A stretch of DNA of 63,431 bases, filler included, from Octopus bimaculoides (GCF_001194135.2; 5 parts of 4 records of this genome joined end to end with filler, not necessarily neighbours in it); one strand, 5' to 3'. Counted from the whole stretch's first letter, positions 24,388 to 36,858 are shown. Numbers and translations are program-made. The notes: a model not told the origin generated them from the letters alone.

Positions 24388-24580
24388 AGCAATGTTAATT
24401 CTCTAAATGAAGTATTAACAGTAACTGCACGATAAAGTGTAGTATATTGCCACTTAAGTGTGGCTGACCCCTAGGGGTGGCTGTTACTGTTGCTTTTAGC
24501 CCCAAGAGGACATCTCCTCCAGCTGGCTTATCGACACACGACTGTGTCCTGTTTGCCAAGGGTAGTTATCCCTCTCACCA
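24388..24580 (+). repeat. Young interspersed repeat, inverted copy of 30229-30421
   Basis: About 190 bp with only 3 substitutions spotted versus the reverse complement of the 30.2-30.4 kb copy. Confidence 0.9.
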
Positions 24581-24789
24581 ACATCTGCAGCACGAACGGA
24601 TCCGGATTTCAGGGTTATTTCCCTTCGTCGGCGTCCGATAGCCGAAGAATGAGTAAATATTTAAAATAAATGATCGTAAATATGTTAATATTATTATCAG
24701 CAGCAATCGAAATATTTTATTTAGATTTGTGTGATCATAAATATCTGGTTATGTCCTGTTATTCTGCCGTTGCAAGAACTTCAAAATTC

Positions 24790-24986
24790 TAACAATGTAG
24801 GTAGAAGGCCTGAAATTTTGAGAAGGGGCTGGTCGATTACATTGCCCCGATGGTACTTCTTTAATCGACCACCGATTAAATAAAGCAAAGTCGACCTATG
24901 CGAAATTTGAACTCAGAACATAAGACAGATGAGATGTAGCGATGCATTTTGCCGGTGTACTAACGATTCTGTCAGCTCGCCGCCTT
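24790..24986 (-). mobile_element. SINE family B followed by poly(A) run (24988-25037)
   Basis: Reverse complement of aaggcggcgagctgacagaatcgttag..gttctgagttcaaatt..gtcgactttgc. Confidence 0.85.
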
Positions 24987-24987
24987 A

Positions 24988-25039
<52 letters not shown>

Positions 25040-25163
25040 TTGTAACACTATTGCAATACTAAAATCACAATATAAAATATATTCAATGTAATTTGTTTCT
25101 GTGCAGACTCTCAATCCATCACATTCATGAAAGTATTTGCTGTGTGTGCGACTGTGTGTGTGT

Positions 25164-25209
<46 letters not shown>

Positions 25210-25599
25210 ACGTGCGCGCGCACGTACGTGCGTATGTGTACGCAGTACATACACAAGCAAGGGCATGTATATTCTATCTAGTGAGTTCATCTGATTTTAT
25301 ATTATACATATATATGCATGCATACTTTCATAGATACATACAAACATATTTACACATTCTTATACTCATACATACATACATACATACATACATACATACA
25401 TACATACATACATACATACATACATACAACCCTAAAACACCTGGACTAACATACCTCAAAAAAGACCGGGCTGTGAAACGTTCTGTATACAAAAAAAAAA
25501 AAACTACGCATGCGTATGTTTCCTGACTATTTGAAGAAGACGATAATATCGACATGAAATGCAGCCTGTCTTGAACTCGTGACTGCTACATCGCATCAT

Positions 25600-26027
25600 A
25601 CTTCGAGAACCATACGTTTTGCATTCCAAGTACAGGTGAATGCTACAAAATACCTAATGGACAAAAGAGACAGTAAAGACTTTGAAGCTCCAAAGCGACC
25701 GAAAATAGAGATATTTCTCTGGAAGACATCACACATGGTATTAGCAGCTGTCCAAAAATGTCGTCAAGGTACTACCCCAAAAACAATATACAGTGCCTTT
25801 CGAGAAAAGGTTATCCTGAAATATATATAAAGAATCTCCCTGTTATTGAATACATTCACCAACAGCAATACAAGAAATACTGGTAGAACATCTCTATCAA
25901 GGCATCTGTCAAGTGTAAACATAACAGGTCGGATATTGTTGCTTGGAACAGGCAAGAAAATGTATGTCCCGTCATAGAGGTCTGTTGTTCTGCTAATGTG
26001 AATATCTCTTTGAAAATCAAGGAAGGC
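25600..26027 (+). mobile_element. RLE-type (R4/Dong/CRE-like) LINE C-terminal fragment
   Basis: FAFQVQVNATKYL..EDITHGISSCPKMSSRYYP (CCHC knuckle) ..EYW..VKCKHNRSDIVAW..EVCCSANVNISLKIKE (PD..E..K nuclease); frameshifted; homologous to 51488-52146. Confidence 0.8.
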
Positions 26028-26107
26028 GTACATTTCTTAAAACATACACACGCTCATATACCGACATGCTTAATGTATCAACTTTTGTGGATACTTTACA
26101 AACAGTG

Positions 26108-26142
<35 letters not shown>

Positions 26143-27299
26143 TAGAGAGATAGAGAGATAGAGAGATAGATCGATGGATCGATCGATAAAATAAAATGGA
26201 AGCATGATAAAGCAACAACATAGAAGACAAGAAAAATATAAAAGTTTAGTCATTAGTTTAACGCCCTGAGAAATAAGAAATGTTTTGACGTTTTGTATGA
26301 AGAATCTTCATCAGATGACAGAAGCAGACAAGAAGGAAAAGCAAAAACTGCAAGAAAAAATCATGACTCCACGTATGTAATATCAAATCAACTCCATTTT
26401 GAAAATGACCGAACATGAGAAGGGTAAAAAGTGGTTTCAGAACACGGAAGAACAGTAGTTAAGGGAGATAAGCTGTAGTTGTTTTAAAACTGTGTGTGAA
26501 TTATTGAATCCAGTCTTAAACAACGGCAGTTATCAATCGGCGTGAATCATTGTCACGCAAACACCGTCTTTAAAGTAATCTTGTCAACAGTCAAGAGAAC
26601 CACCCGTCGAATATTACTGAAAGGAGATGATTAGGTCTGGTTAGAGAAGTGATATGTGGGTCCTGAGGTAGGTACCGGCTAATGTCTACATGGCAAGTCA
26701 GACTTTTATGAATCCGCAATTTGAATTGTGCTGATCCCAGGCTGAAAGAATTAAGATCGAATACGAATCAGTCGATCCTGAAGGAGGGGCTTCACATCAG
26801 CGAAGTAGGACCGGTGCGTCGTAAAGCCATCGTGATGATCTTTGAAACTTGTTGGTATTTGATATGCAGAGCTTTCGATTGACAGCATTTGAACAAGCAA
26901 ACTGTTTTCAAGTCTCTGTGGCTTGATTGTGTGTTCGTGTGTGTGTTTGTGTGTGTGCGTGATATATATGCTGTGAAGCGTATATGTGCAAAATTGAAAT
27001 CTATACGAGGGTTTTTCATTTGTGTATTTGTGCATTTTCAGTTGACACGCGTTTGCGAGTTGCATGTGATGCACAGTTGTATAGCGATGTGTTTGTGTTT
27101 GTTTGCTTGTGTAGTGGGGTATATGCACGTATGTATGCAGTATGTGTGTGAAATTGAGCGTGTTGATAATTTTAAAGAAAATTTTATAGAAATATGCATG
27201 TAACCTAAGAATATGTGTATGCATTCATACATGTATGTAAGTATGTGTGCGCTTGGGTTTTTTTGCATGTGTATATGTTACATCATGTATCTTGTATAT

Positions 27300-27349
27300 G
27301 GTTTAGTGTTTGTTTCTGTGTATCTGCGTATATATGCAATGTATATGGT

Positions 27350-27392
<43 letters not shown>

Positions 27393-27688
27393 AGTGTTAG
27401 TGGGCGCGCGCGCGTGTTTGTGAATATTGAATATATGTCTGCGTTGATTTTAGTATACGTATACTCTTTTACTCTTTTACTCTTTTACTCTTTCACTTGT
27501 TTCAGTCATTTGACGGTTGCCATGCTGGAGCACCGCCTTTAGTCAAGCAAACCGAGCCCAGAACTTGTTCTTTGTATGCCTAGAACTTATTCTATCGCAC
27601 ACTTTTGCCGAACCGCTAAGTTACGGGGACGTAAACACACCAGCATCGGTTGTCTAGCGATGCTGGGGGGACAAACACAGACACAGAC

Positions 27689-27743
<55 letters not shown>

Positions 27744-28303
27744 CATATACATATATACGACGGGCTTCTTTCAGTTTCTGTCTACCAAATCCACTCGGAA
27801 GGCTTTGGTCGGCCCGAAGCTATAGTAGAAGACACTTGCCCAAGGTGCCACGCAGTGGGACTGAACCCAGAACCATGTGGTTGGCAAGCAAGCTACTTAC
27901 CACACAGCCATGCATGTATTATTTTTGGATTGTGTCATTGCGTTGGTTTTAGTGGACGGTATGTTTACTGTCTTTTGAATATTACGTGTAGTGTTGTAAT
28001 GACGGCGTGTGTGTATCTATACATATGTTTGTGTGTTTGTATGTGTGTGTATGTGTATATGTGTGTTTGTAAGTGTCTCTGTATTTAATTTTGTGCGTGT
28101 CTGTGTCTGTATCTGGATTTGTGCGTACGTGTGTGTGTGTGTGTGTGCGTGTGAGTGTGCTTGTGTTTGTGTTCTTTTTGTAAGATTGTGCGTTGTCTAT
28201 GCGCATGTGTTTTATGTGTGTACGTATGTGTGCATGTAGATGTGTGTGTGTGTGTATGTGTTTGTGTGAGTGCCTATGTGTGAGTCTGTGTATGTCTGTG
28301 TGT

Positions 28304-28354
<51 letters not shown>

Positions 28355-28531
28355 TCCATCCGTGCGTTTGTACTTTTGTGTAATTTGTGAGGTGAAAGGG
28401 GATGGAATGGCGTATGTGTCCCGTGTGTATCTGTACATATGTCTGTGTGCTTGCGTGTGTGTGTGCGTGTGTGTATGTGTGTGTATTTATGTGTGTGTAA
28501 ATGTCTCTGTATTCAATTTTGTACGTGTCTG

Positions 28532-28577
<46 letters not shown>

Positions 28578-28966
28578 TGTGTTGTACATGTAAGATTATG
28601 CGTTGTGTTTATGTGTATGTGTTGTATGTATGTGTGTGTGTGCATGTGCATGTGTATGTAGTATATGTGTGTGAACGTGTGTGCGTGTGTATGTGTGTGT
28701 ATGTGTGTGTATGTGTGCTTATAGTTTTATTTGGTGGAGTGTACGTTGGGTTTTTGTAACTGGTTATGAAATTGAATGTTTGTACGTTTGTCGAGTGTGT
28801 GAGTGTGTGTGTGTATGTGTGTATGCGTGTGTATTTGATTTATCATTGTGTGGGTGGGTGACGTTGTTTCGTTGTGTTGCGTGGGTGCTTTATGGCATTG
28901 TGTTATCTGAGTGTGTATCGTTGCACTGTGTGGCAGTATGGATGTGCGTGTATAGTGTATATTTGC

Positions 28967-29029
<63 letters not shown>

Positions 29030-29330
29030 ATTGATTGCCTGAATGTATGTGTTTATTGTCTATTATTGGATGTATGCATTTGTTAGAAAATGTGTGTGTT
29101 TTATTTTTCACTCTTGTATGTGAAGCAATGCTATAACAAAATGTGTGCGTGTATATTTACAGTCTGTGTGTGCATGTGTATTGGGCTGTAGTATGTATGG
29201 TGCTGTAAATTTGTATTTCATCCATGCGTAAAGTGATTCGAGTAGGATGGGCATTTCGTGTTTTGAGTATTTGTGTGTATATATATGCGTCGTATTTGAG
29301 AGGTAATTAGGAGAGAATTTTAAAGAAAAG
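27300..29330. repeat. Compound (TG/TATG)n microsatellite field
   Basis: Long TG-rich low-complexity tract with perfect (TG)n cores. Confidence 0.95.
27463..27913 (-). mobile_element. SINE family A, full length with (GAGTAAAA)n tail
   Basis: Reverse complement of the family A head, body and 3' end; internal (AC)n/(AT)n; tail (ttttactc)n at ~27463-27490. Confidence 0.9.
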
Positions 29331-29544
29331 AAGGGGTTCAGAATTGAGACCGTGAGTTGAAAGTTGGGAGAGGAAAGATGAATTTATTTCAACAGAGACA
29401 AGAGTTCGACGGTTTGTTGCGCAGGTTTATATAATTTATTAGTTTCTTTTGCATATTCTAAGTTTATGCATGTGTATGCAAATATAGTAATTGTATATCT
29501 CATTTCTGTTCATTAGAAATTAAATAAATAAAGAATTTTGACAT

Positions 29545-29786
29545 GTACGAATATTTATTTCCCCCCACCGTATATATACTGAAATAGTGTAAGACATAAG
29601 AGATTGCTCTGGGCTTGCATGAGGCAAGAACTTGAAAATTGTTTGACCCATAACACTGTATCGACCCTAAGTAAGGCATGTATAAAATGTGAATGAAATC
29701 GGTTTTGTAGTTCTCAACTTTTAGTGATACAAACATACCGATACACAAACAGACAGACACCCATTCTCAGTTTTATATATATAGAT
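29545..29786 (-). mobile_element. Non-autonomous Helitron-like element 5' portion
   Basis: Reverse complement starts atctatatatataaaactgagaatgggtgtctgtctg..gagaactacaaaaccgatttcattcacattttatacatgccttacttaggg; same family as 31300-31466. Confidence 0.55.
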
Positions 29787-30176
29787 GGCTAATATGTTCC
29801 AGAATTCATCTGCTGGGTATGTATTGTTGCTTCCTCGAGAGCATGAGGCTTCAGTTTTCTTTGTGAGTGTGCGATATCGCATTTTTCATATCCTTAATCT
29901 TAAGTTGTTTCTGTTTAAAATTTTCCTATATTTATGATAAGTAGGGAAGTCTTTTTCTATTACATAAAGTGTCACGTTATATTTGATTTAACATTAAGTG
30001 AAAATAAAGTATATTTCAGGTTATGATATTGCGACACTCCTTCTTCGTTTGGGACGGGAAGTTACATTGGTACGTAATTTTTCTCTTTGAATTCGTTTGC
30101 AAGTAAAGCGTAATTGTAGTAGGATACTACGTATCGATTATTTCTTAACTTGAGAACTGATATCGAAAAGGTGAAA

Positions 30177-30423
30177 ACAAGCAATGTTAATTCTCTAAAT
30201 GAAGTATTAACAGTAACTGCACGATCATGGTGAGAGGGATAACTTCCCTTGGCAAACAGGACACAGTCGTGTGTCGATAAGCCAGCTGGAGGAGATGTCC
30301 TCCTGGGGCTAAAAGCAACAGTAACATCCACCCCTAGGGGTCAGCCACACTTAAGTGGCAATATACTACACTTTATCGTGCAGTTACTGTTAATACTTCA
30401 TTTAGAGAATTAACATTGCTTGT
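30177..30423. mobile_element. 247-bp foldback/MITE-like element with perfect 49-bp inverted arms
   Basis: 30177-30225 acaagcaatgttaattctctaaatgaagtattaacagtaactgcacgat is the exact reverse complement of 30375-30423. Confidence 0.85.
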
Positions 30424-31162
30424 ATANNNNNNNNNNNNNNNNNNNNNNNNNNNNNNNNNNNNNNNNNNNNNNNNNNNNNNNNNNNNNNNNNNNNNNNNNN
30501 NNNNNNNNNNNNNNNNNNNNNNNNNNNNNNNNNNNNNNNNNNNNNNNNNNNNNNNNNNNNNNNNNNNNNNNNNNNNNNNNNNNNNNNNNNNNNNNNNNNN
30601 NNNNNNNNNNNNNNNNNNNNNNNNNNNNNNNNNNNNNNNNNNNNNNNNNNNNNNNNNNNNNNNNNNNNNNNNNNNNNNNNNNNNNNNNNNNNNNNNNNNN
30701 NNNNNNNNNNNNNNNNNNNNNNNNNNNNNNNNNNNAAGGTTTATCAATTTATTAATTTATTAATAAATCAACAATTAATAATTTTTACCAAGCCCTTCGG
30801 TATGTAAACACCATTATCGATGGAGAACTTATTTAAAAGTTCTTATAATTATTTCATATAATATATTTATTTAATATAATAAACCCTTCTATAGGAATTA
30901 ACTTTATTTTGCAATAACTGAAGAATTATTTTATTCAACAACATATACAACCACTGAGGATCTTACTGGATAATCAAAAAATAAAAATTGCAGAAAAAGC
31001 AATGAAATATCTATAAATCCTTTATAATAAATTCTTATATATGTATGTATATGTTGATGCAATTGAAGCAATTGTTGGACTTTTAAAGTGTCATCTAAAA
31101 TAAAGATATGATTTTCTTCGTATATATTATACAGGGTGCAGAGCATACACTGAAAACCAGTT

Positions 31163-31192
31163 GGCGGAGATTCCGCCTGGGGTTAAACTAGT
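31163..31192 (+). mobile_element. Helitron 3' terminus signature
   Basis: GC hairpin GGCGGA-gat-TCCGCC, 10 nt spacer, then CTAG followed by T (31188-31192). Confidence 0.65.
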
Positions 31193-31296
31193 AGTAACAT
31201 TCCTTTTCCACTTTGATGTGGCTACTCGCGTTATTGTTTAGTATACGTTACCACTACATCTCTTCTTGAGTGTTTATAACTAGCTATTATTGATTG

Positions 31297-31299
<3 letters not shown>

Positions 31300-31336
<37 letters not shown>

Positions 31337-31466
31337 GAGAATGTGTGTCTGTCTGTCTGTCTGTGTGAATCCCTAAAACTCGAGAACTACACAACCAATT
31401 TCATTCAAATTTTACAGATGCCTTACTTAGGGTTCCAGTTGTGTTTTAGTCAAAAGACATTTTAAC
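31300..31466 (+). mobile_element. Helitron-like element 5' portion (copy 2)
   Basis: (TA)n ataaatgagaatgtgtgtctgtctgtctg..ctcgagaactacacaaccaatttcattcaaattttac..gccttacttaggg; homologous to 29545-29786; runs into a gap. Confidence 0.55.
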
Positions 31467-31510
31467 NNNNNNNNNNNNNNNNNNNNNNNNNNNNNNNNNN
31501 NNNNNNNNNN

Positions 31511-31522
31511 TTAATTAATTAA
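31511..31522. other. Assembly linker TTAATTAATTAA
   Basis: 44N+linker+44N (31467-31566). Confidence 0.95.
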
Positions 31523-31574
31523 NNNNNNNNNNNNNNNNNNNNNNNNNNNNNNNNNNNNNNNNNNNNTATGTTCA

Positions 31575-31717
31575 TTACACCCTGCCCCAGTGCTGAACTG
31601 GTACTTTTTTCATCAGCCCCAAAAGGATGAGAGGCAAAGTTGACCTTGGTGAAATTTGAACTCTGTATATAAAAACGGACAAGATGCTGCTAACAACTCT
31701 GTCAGCTCACTGCCTTC

Positions 31718-31753
<36 letters not shown>

Positions 31754-31856
31754 TGTGGGGCAGGAGACTAGTTGATTGCATCAACCCCAGTGTTTCACTG
31801 GTACTTAATTCATCAACCCTAAAAGGCTGAAAGGCAAAGTTGACCTCAGTGGAATT
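31575..31856 (-). mobile_element. Two tandem SINE family B copies separated by (TAA)n, CpG-decayed
   Basis: aaagttgaccttggtgaaatttgaactc and catcaaccccagt..aaagttgacctcagtgg, versus the CpG-intact form gtcgacctcggcgg. Confidence 0.8.
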
Positions 31857-32293
31857 AATAATAATAATAATAATAATAAATACAATTCCATCTAACAAGA
31901 TTAGTCCTTTTGATACCATTTTAACTGAGACCACCCTTCTTGATTTAAAGTGTTTTAATTTACAACCACCCATTACAATTTTATGTGGAAACCTTTTGTA
32001 AATATATTTACCAATGTTGAATCCCACACGATTCTTGATTATTTTTTAAAAAATGAATTGAAATACATGGACAGTGTGTTTTGTTAGAAATATATTGATA
32101 AACAGGTTAAAAAAAGCAACATGTATATTCTCAGCAATTTTGTTTTTAACTTTCAAAGTATTTTTAGTAAAGTCAGGTCATGATTTTAGCAATTTTCTGA
32201 TATAATATCCGGAGGTATTTTTATGATAAACATTTTTTACCCACATATTTTTATCCCTTTAAGTTCTTTGAGTTTTACAATTAAATGGAATCC

Positions 32294-32432
32294 AATTTTT
32301 ATTTATTATTCTATTATTCTAATTTTTATTTATTATTGTATTATTCTAATTTTTATTTATTATTCTATTATTCTAATTTTTATTTATTATTCTATTATTC
32401 TAATTTTTATTTATTCTATTATTCTAATTTTT
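32294..32432. repeat. 27-bp AT-rich tandem repeat, ~5 copies
   Basis: Unit aatttttatttattattctattattct. Confidence 0.9.
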
Positions 32433-34077
32433 AGATCTTTTCTGTTCCTGTTACAGTTTTCTATTTTTTGAAATTTTTTTCAATTGCTTTCAAATTTGGT
32501 GTGCTGATGTAGTTTTGTATGTTAATTATGGAAATGAAACTCGTTTTTGCTAAAAATTAACTAATAAAATGTTAGTAGCTTGTAAAGTTTGAAAATTTTA
32601 GGTAACTTAAGCCAATCAAAAGAGCAGACACAGTTTCCATAGTAACAAACCAAGCTGTAGTATACTTAAAACTACAACTTTGTGTATTTTCTTTACCAAT
32701 CTATTTTCTTTGATGAGTGCCTATCTTCATTTAACCTTTCAATATGATGGAAAATTTGAAAATGGAAGAGAATGCGGTTTCTTAATTGCAAGAGAAAGGT
32801 GTTGTCCCTAAAAGAAAATAATGTACAAACAAACCCTGTATGAAGAAGATAGAAGATGCTTCATAGGAAAATTTACTGATGATGATGATAGCTTGAAAGG
32901 ATGCAGTGAGTGTGTGTTTGTCAGAAAAGATAAATGGTTGGAAGATGGCACCCTTTGTCTTAGGACTGTACTACCTTTTTTCCTTCAGTCATGGATCAAG
33001 GAATTGACTTCAGTAGAATTGGGGATGAGCCACTGCACAGCTTTTGATTACAGCAGCTATGTTTGTGAAATGTGAGAGGGACCTGCTCTGCAACCTACTT
33101 CAGTCAGGCATCCTGGAAAGATTGTTGAGATAGATAAAACAATCTTCTCAAGACATAAATACAATCAAGGAAGGGCGCTACGTGAGCAGTGGATTTTCGG
33201 AGAAGTGTGTTGTGAGACTAGACATGTCTTATTTTATGCAGTGCAACATTGGAATCATGACACACTAGAGAAACACATACATCAATTGGTTCTTTCCAGA
33301 AACCACACTTTTCAATGATTTGTGGAGGGCCTGCTCTCATATTCCTGAAATTGATGGTTATATCTTTGACAGAGAGCAGTGAACCACAGTGTAGAGTTTA
33401 TTAACTCAAAAGATGGTACCCACATGCAACAAGTGGAAAGCAAATGGGCTTGTGTAAAACAAGGGAATAAATGATACCATGGGACCCACCATTCTATAGT
33501 TGACTCATATCTCTGCGAGTTTATGTGGCACAGAAAATAGAAAAATTGTAAGTTGTTTGAGAAACTCCTGCAGAGTGTTTCTCAAACTTTCATTTTTGAA
33601 TTTTCCCTTCAAAAAATGTTTTATTTACATGAACTGAACTATTACTGCAGTAGTATAATGTACAGGTTGCTTTTTTTTTTTGTTAGTTTTCACAAAAAAT
33701 TTCATCATGGGTGTTTTTCATTTTAAATTGTGTGCCTGTTCCACTGTTTTGCATGACTCTACTCATTAAAATTTATTAAAACTTCAAAACTTCTTACAAC
33801 TTTCATCTTCATAATGTTTTACTTTCATTTGCTTAATAAAAATTCATCATCATAATATTTTTGCTTCCATTTTGTGATAGACAGCTTTCAAATCCTGTTT
33901 TCTGGTTGGGTAAGAATGATAAAATTTTAAATCGCTGTAATTTTTTCTAAAATTTTTCTGGAACAAGTGAATAACAAAATCAGTTTCTGTGTGAAAAATT
34001 ACATCAATATACCAAATTTGAAAATTTTCATTTAATTTAAAAATTTAAAAAGCTGTGACAGCAACAGAAAACATCCT
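32433..34077 (+). mobile_element. Merlin (IS1595/ISXO2-like) DNA transposon pseudogene
   Basis: ~32743-33540: GKIVEIDKTIFSRHKYNQGRALREQWIFG..TTLFNDLWRA..VNHSVEFINSKDGTHMQQVESKWA..VDSYLCEFMWHRK (first E->K; stops). Imperfect inverted repeats at 32433-32515 and 33993-34077. Confidence 0.88.
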
Positions 34078-34462
34078 AATTTTTAAACTTATTACCTACA
34101 ATTCATTATAGCTATTTGTTTTTGTTTGTGTGAATAGCGATAAAGATGACAAAAAAAACAACCTTGTCTTTCATTTACTTGTTAAAATTTTGATTAAAAA
34201 AAGCTTAATTTAAAGAACAAAATCAATAATAAAAAGAAAATAAAAATGAAGATTACCTTGTCCAAACATGTGAATGTTTTGAAAATGACAAAAGAATGTT
34301 TTAAAATATATAAACATAATTTAATACAAAGAGAAGCAGTGCTTGAGGTAAAGCAGATACAATGGACAAAGAGAAATAGGTCAGAAGATATGTGATGGGG
34401 AACCTAGAGCTTTTGAATAGAAAAAAAAGAAAGGTCCTTCCAGTATGAAGAATGGACATTAA

Positions 34463-34509
<47 letters not shown>

Positions 34510-35009
34510 ACATATTAACTAAAGAGATGATTAGAGTGTTTATAAAGATGAGTTTAGGAAAATAAAGATAAAGGTTTTATACCTATACTAGGAAATGACA
34601 GAAAAATAAGTTGAAAGGATTTTGGTCTATAGTTTGAAGGATAGAGAGTTCTAATCCAGTTACTGACATTGCACTATGTCCACAGCTAAGACACTTAACT
34701 TTTGTGGGTTCAATTCATTTATTACTAAATAGGTACCATGAGAAGTTCTAGCAGGAAAGCAACAGGTCCACTGTATAATTTACAAATGGTTCGTTATTTT
34801 GCAGTTCTAAGTTCAAATGCTATCATTAACATAAAGTTGACAGTTGTACAGAGTTGGATCCAATTTACACAAAATAAGGAGCAATGAAAGTGGAAAAGGA
34901 GTTAAATTGTGTTCTGATGACCAAATAGTTTATTCTGAAACTCACTTCTATCCGTCTGAGATTCAACATTGGTCTTACACAGTCCTGAACTGTTTTCATT
35001 GAATTCAAA

Positions 35010-35440
35010 TTTTGGCTCAAAGCCAACAAGGTCAGGGGGTGGAGTAAATCGATCACATCAACCCCAGTATGCAACTGGTACTTAATTTATCAACCCCCCA
35101 AAAAAGATGAAAGGCAAAGTCAACCTCAGCAGAATTTAAACTCAGAACATAAAGAGCCAGAAGAAATGCCGCTAAACATTTTGTCCAGCATGGTAATGGT
35201 TTTGCCAGCGCACAGCCTTGGTGATAATAATAATGGTTTCAATTTTTGGCACAAGGCCACAAATTTCCGGGAGTGGGTAAGCTGATTCAACCTCAGTGTT
35301 CAACTGGTCCTTATTTAATCAACCCCCAAAAAGATGAAAGGTAAAATCAGCCTTGGTGGAATTTGAACTCAGAACATGGAGAGAGATGAAATGCTCCTAA
35401 GCGTCTTTGCCTTGGCTAGCTAATGATTCTGCCAACTCTA
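35010..35440 (-). mobile_element. Two tandem SINE family B copies, CpG-decayed
   Basis: atcaaccccagtatgcaactgg..gtcaacctcagcagaattt (CpG->CpA/TpG at most sites). Confidence 0.85.
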
Positions 35441-35572
35441 TACTTTACATGAACAGTTTTAATTAAAAAATGTTTCACTAATTTACAGTGCTGGGTTTAA
35501 ATTTCAATATAAATGCTGTTTACAGTGGGACAGGCTCTTTTAGGGGTTTCTTCCAACCCACTTCAAAATACA

Positions 35573-35686
35573 TTATACAAAGATGAAGTACTTCAACTGC
35601 GCTCTCCTAACAATCTGATCAGGAATATCTATTTGTTCTTCCGTAATGCTAGATTTAATACGTTCAACAATCTCCTTTCCTTCTGT
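35573..35686 (-). CDS. Candidate terminal coding exon (unidentified protein) or pseudogene fragment
   Basis: Pyrimidine-rich tract + AG, then TEGKEIVERIKSSITEEQIDIPDQIVRRAQLKYFIFV*. Unique, non-repetitive sequence; no upstream exon confidently linked. Confidence 0.3.
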   Translation of the reverse strand, partial: TEGKEIVERIKSSITEEQIDIPDQIVRRAQLKYFIFV

Positions 35687-36808
35687 CTTGATACAGCAAT
35701 GAAGAACAACGAAAATAAAAAAAAAACAGAAAGAAAAGCAAGTTCATTGCCTTAAATTCCATTAAATATTTTCAGTAAATAAACAACAATGTTTATTAGA
35801 TTTGTCAAACAGAATCCAGAAATGGCTTGTTCTCTTCAATGCTGAAGTATGTTTCCAAAATTAACTGAAAGCAATTTAGCAAATATTTGGATTTTCACAA
35901 ATTAATTTGTTTCGATTTTGTTGAAGTTTTGCATTTTCTCAATTAAATTGATCTACTTTCATGCGTATTTCGTATAATATTACTTACAATTCATTAAATG
36001 CTTCAATGCAACAATAAAAGCTACTTTATTTCTAAATAGTATGTGGCAAGTTTTCTTTAAGTACATCCTTTAATTATTATATTAAGATAGGTGAAGTTCA
36101 ACAAGAGGATAAGCAGGCTTGTAACCCAGAGCCATTCAGACTGCTCTCTTGCTTTTAAGTTTCAATAAACTTCACAAGATTATGTTAGAAGACTTATCAT
36201 CTTTTTCAAGCACATCAAATTAACATTGCATACATACATATACACGCATATATATATATACACGCATATATATATATATATATATATACATACACACATA
36301 CATAGATACATATCTATAAATATAACATGTGACAATTAGTTAGTTGTCATAATAAAACTCAGGGTTGTAAGGGGATTTTCTAGACAGAAACTGAAGAAGC
36401 TCATCGTGTGTGTGCATCATCATCATCATCATCGTTTAATATCCTCCTTCCATGCTGGCATGAGTTGGATGATAGCGTTTTTGTCTTAATAACTAATGAG
36501 ATGCCGGAGCAGACTTCAGCCCCGGCATCTGAAACTCTGAGTTTTATTATGACAACCAACTAATTGTCACATATTATATTTATAGATAAGTTCCTCTATT
36601 TTACATAATATTGAGGTCTCGTTCATTCTCTTGCTGTCATATTATTATTATTAATACATATATACACATATATATATTATATACATATATATGCATATAC
36701 ACACACACACATATATATATATGCTTGTATATAAATATACATTTATGTGTGTGAGTGTGTGTGTATGCATATGTATGTATGAATATGTATACATGTATAT
36801 ATGTATGC

Positions 36809-36858
<50 letters not shown>

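Noticed and set aside
26860-26900. HRDLK string (kinase catalytic loop) in ORF 26792-27019
   Set aside because: Context (HRDLKTVCLF, flanked by microsatellite) lacks all other kinase motifs.
34935-34975. Possible 39-nt exon ending in a GTGAGT donor (minus)
   Set aside because: The acceptor lacks a pyrimidine tract and abuts a SINE tail.
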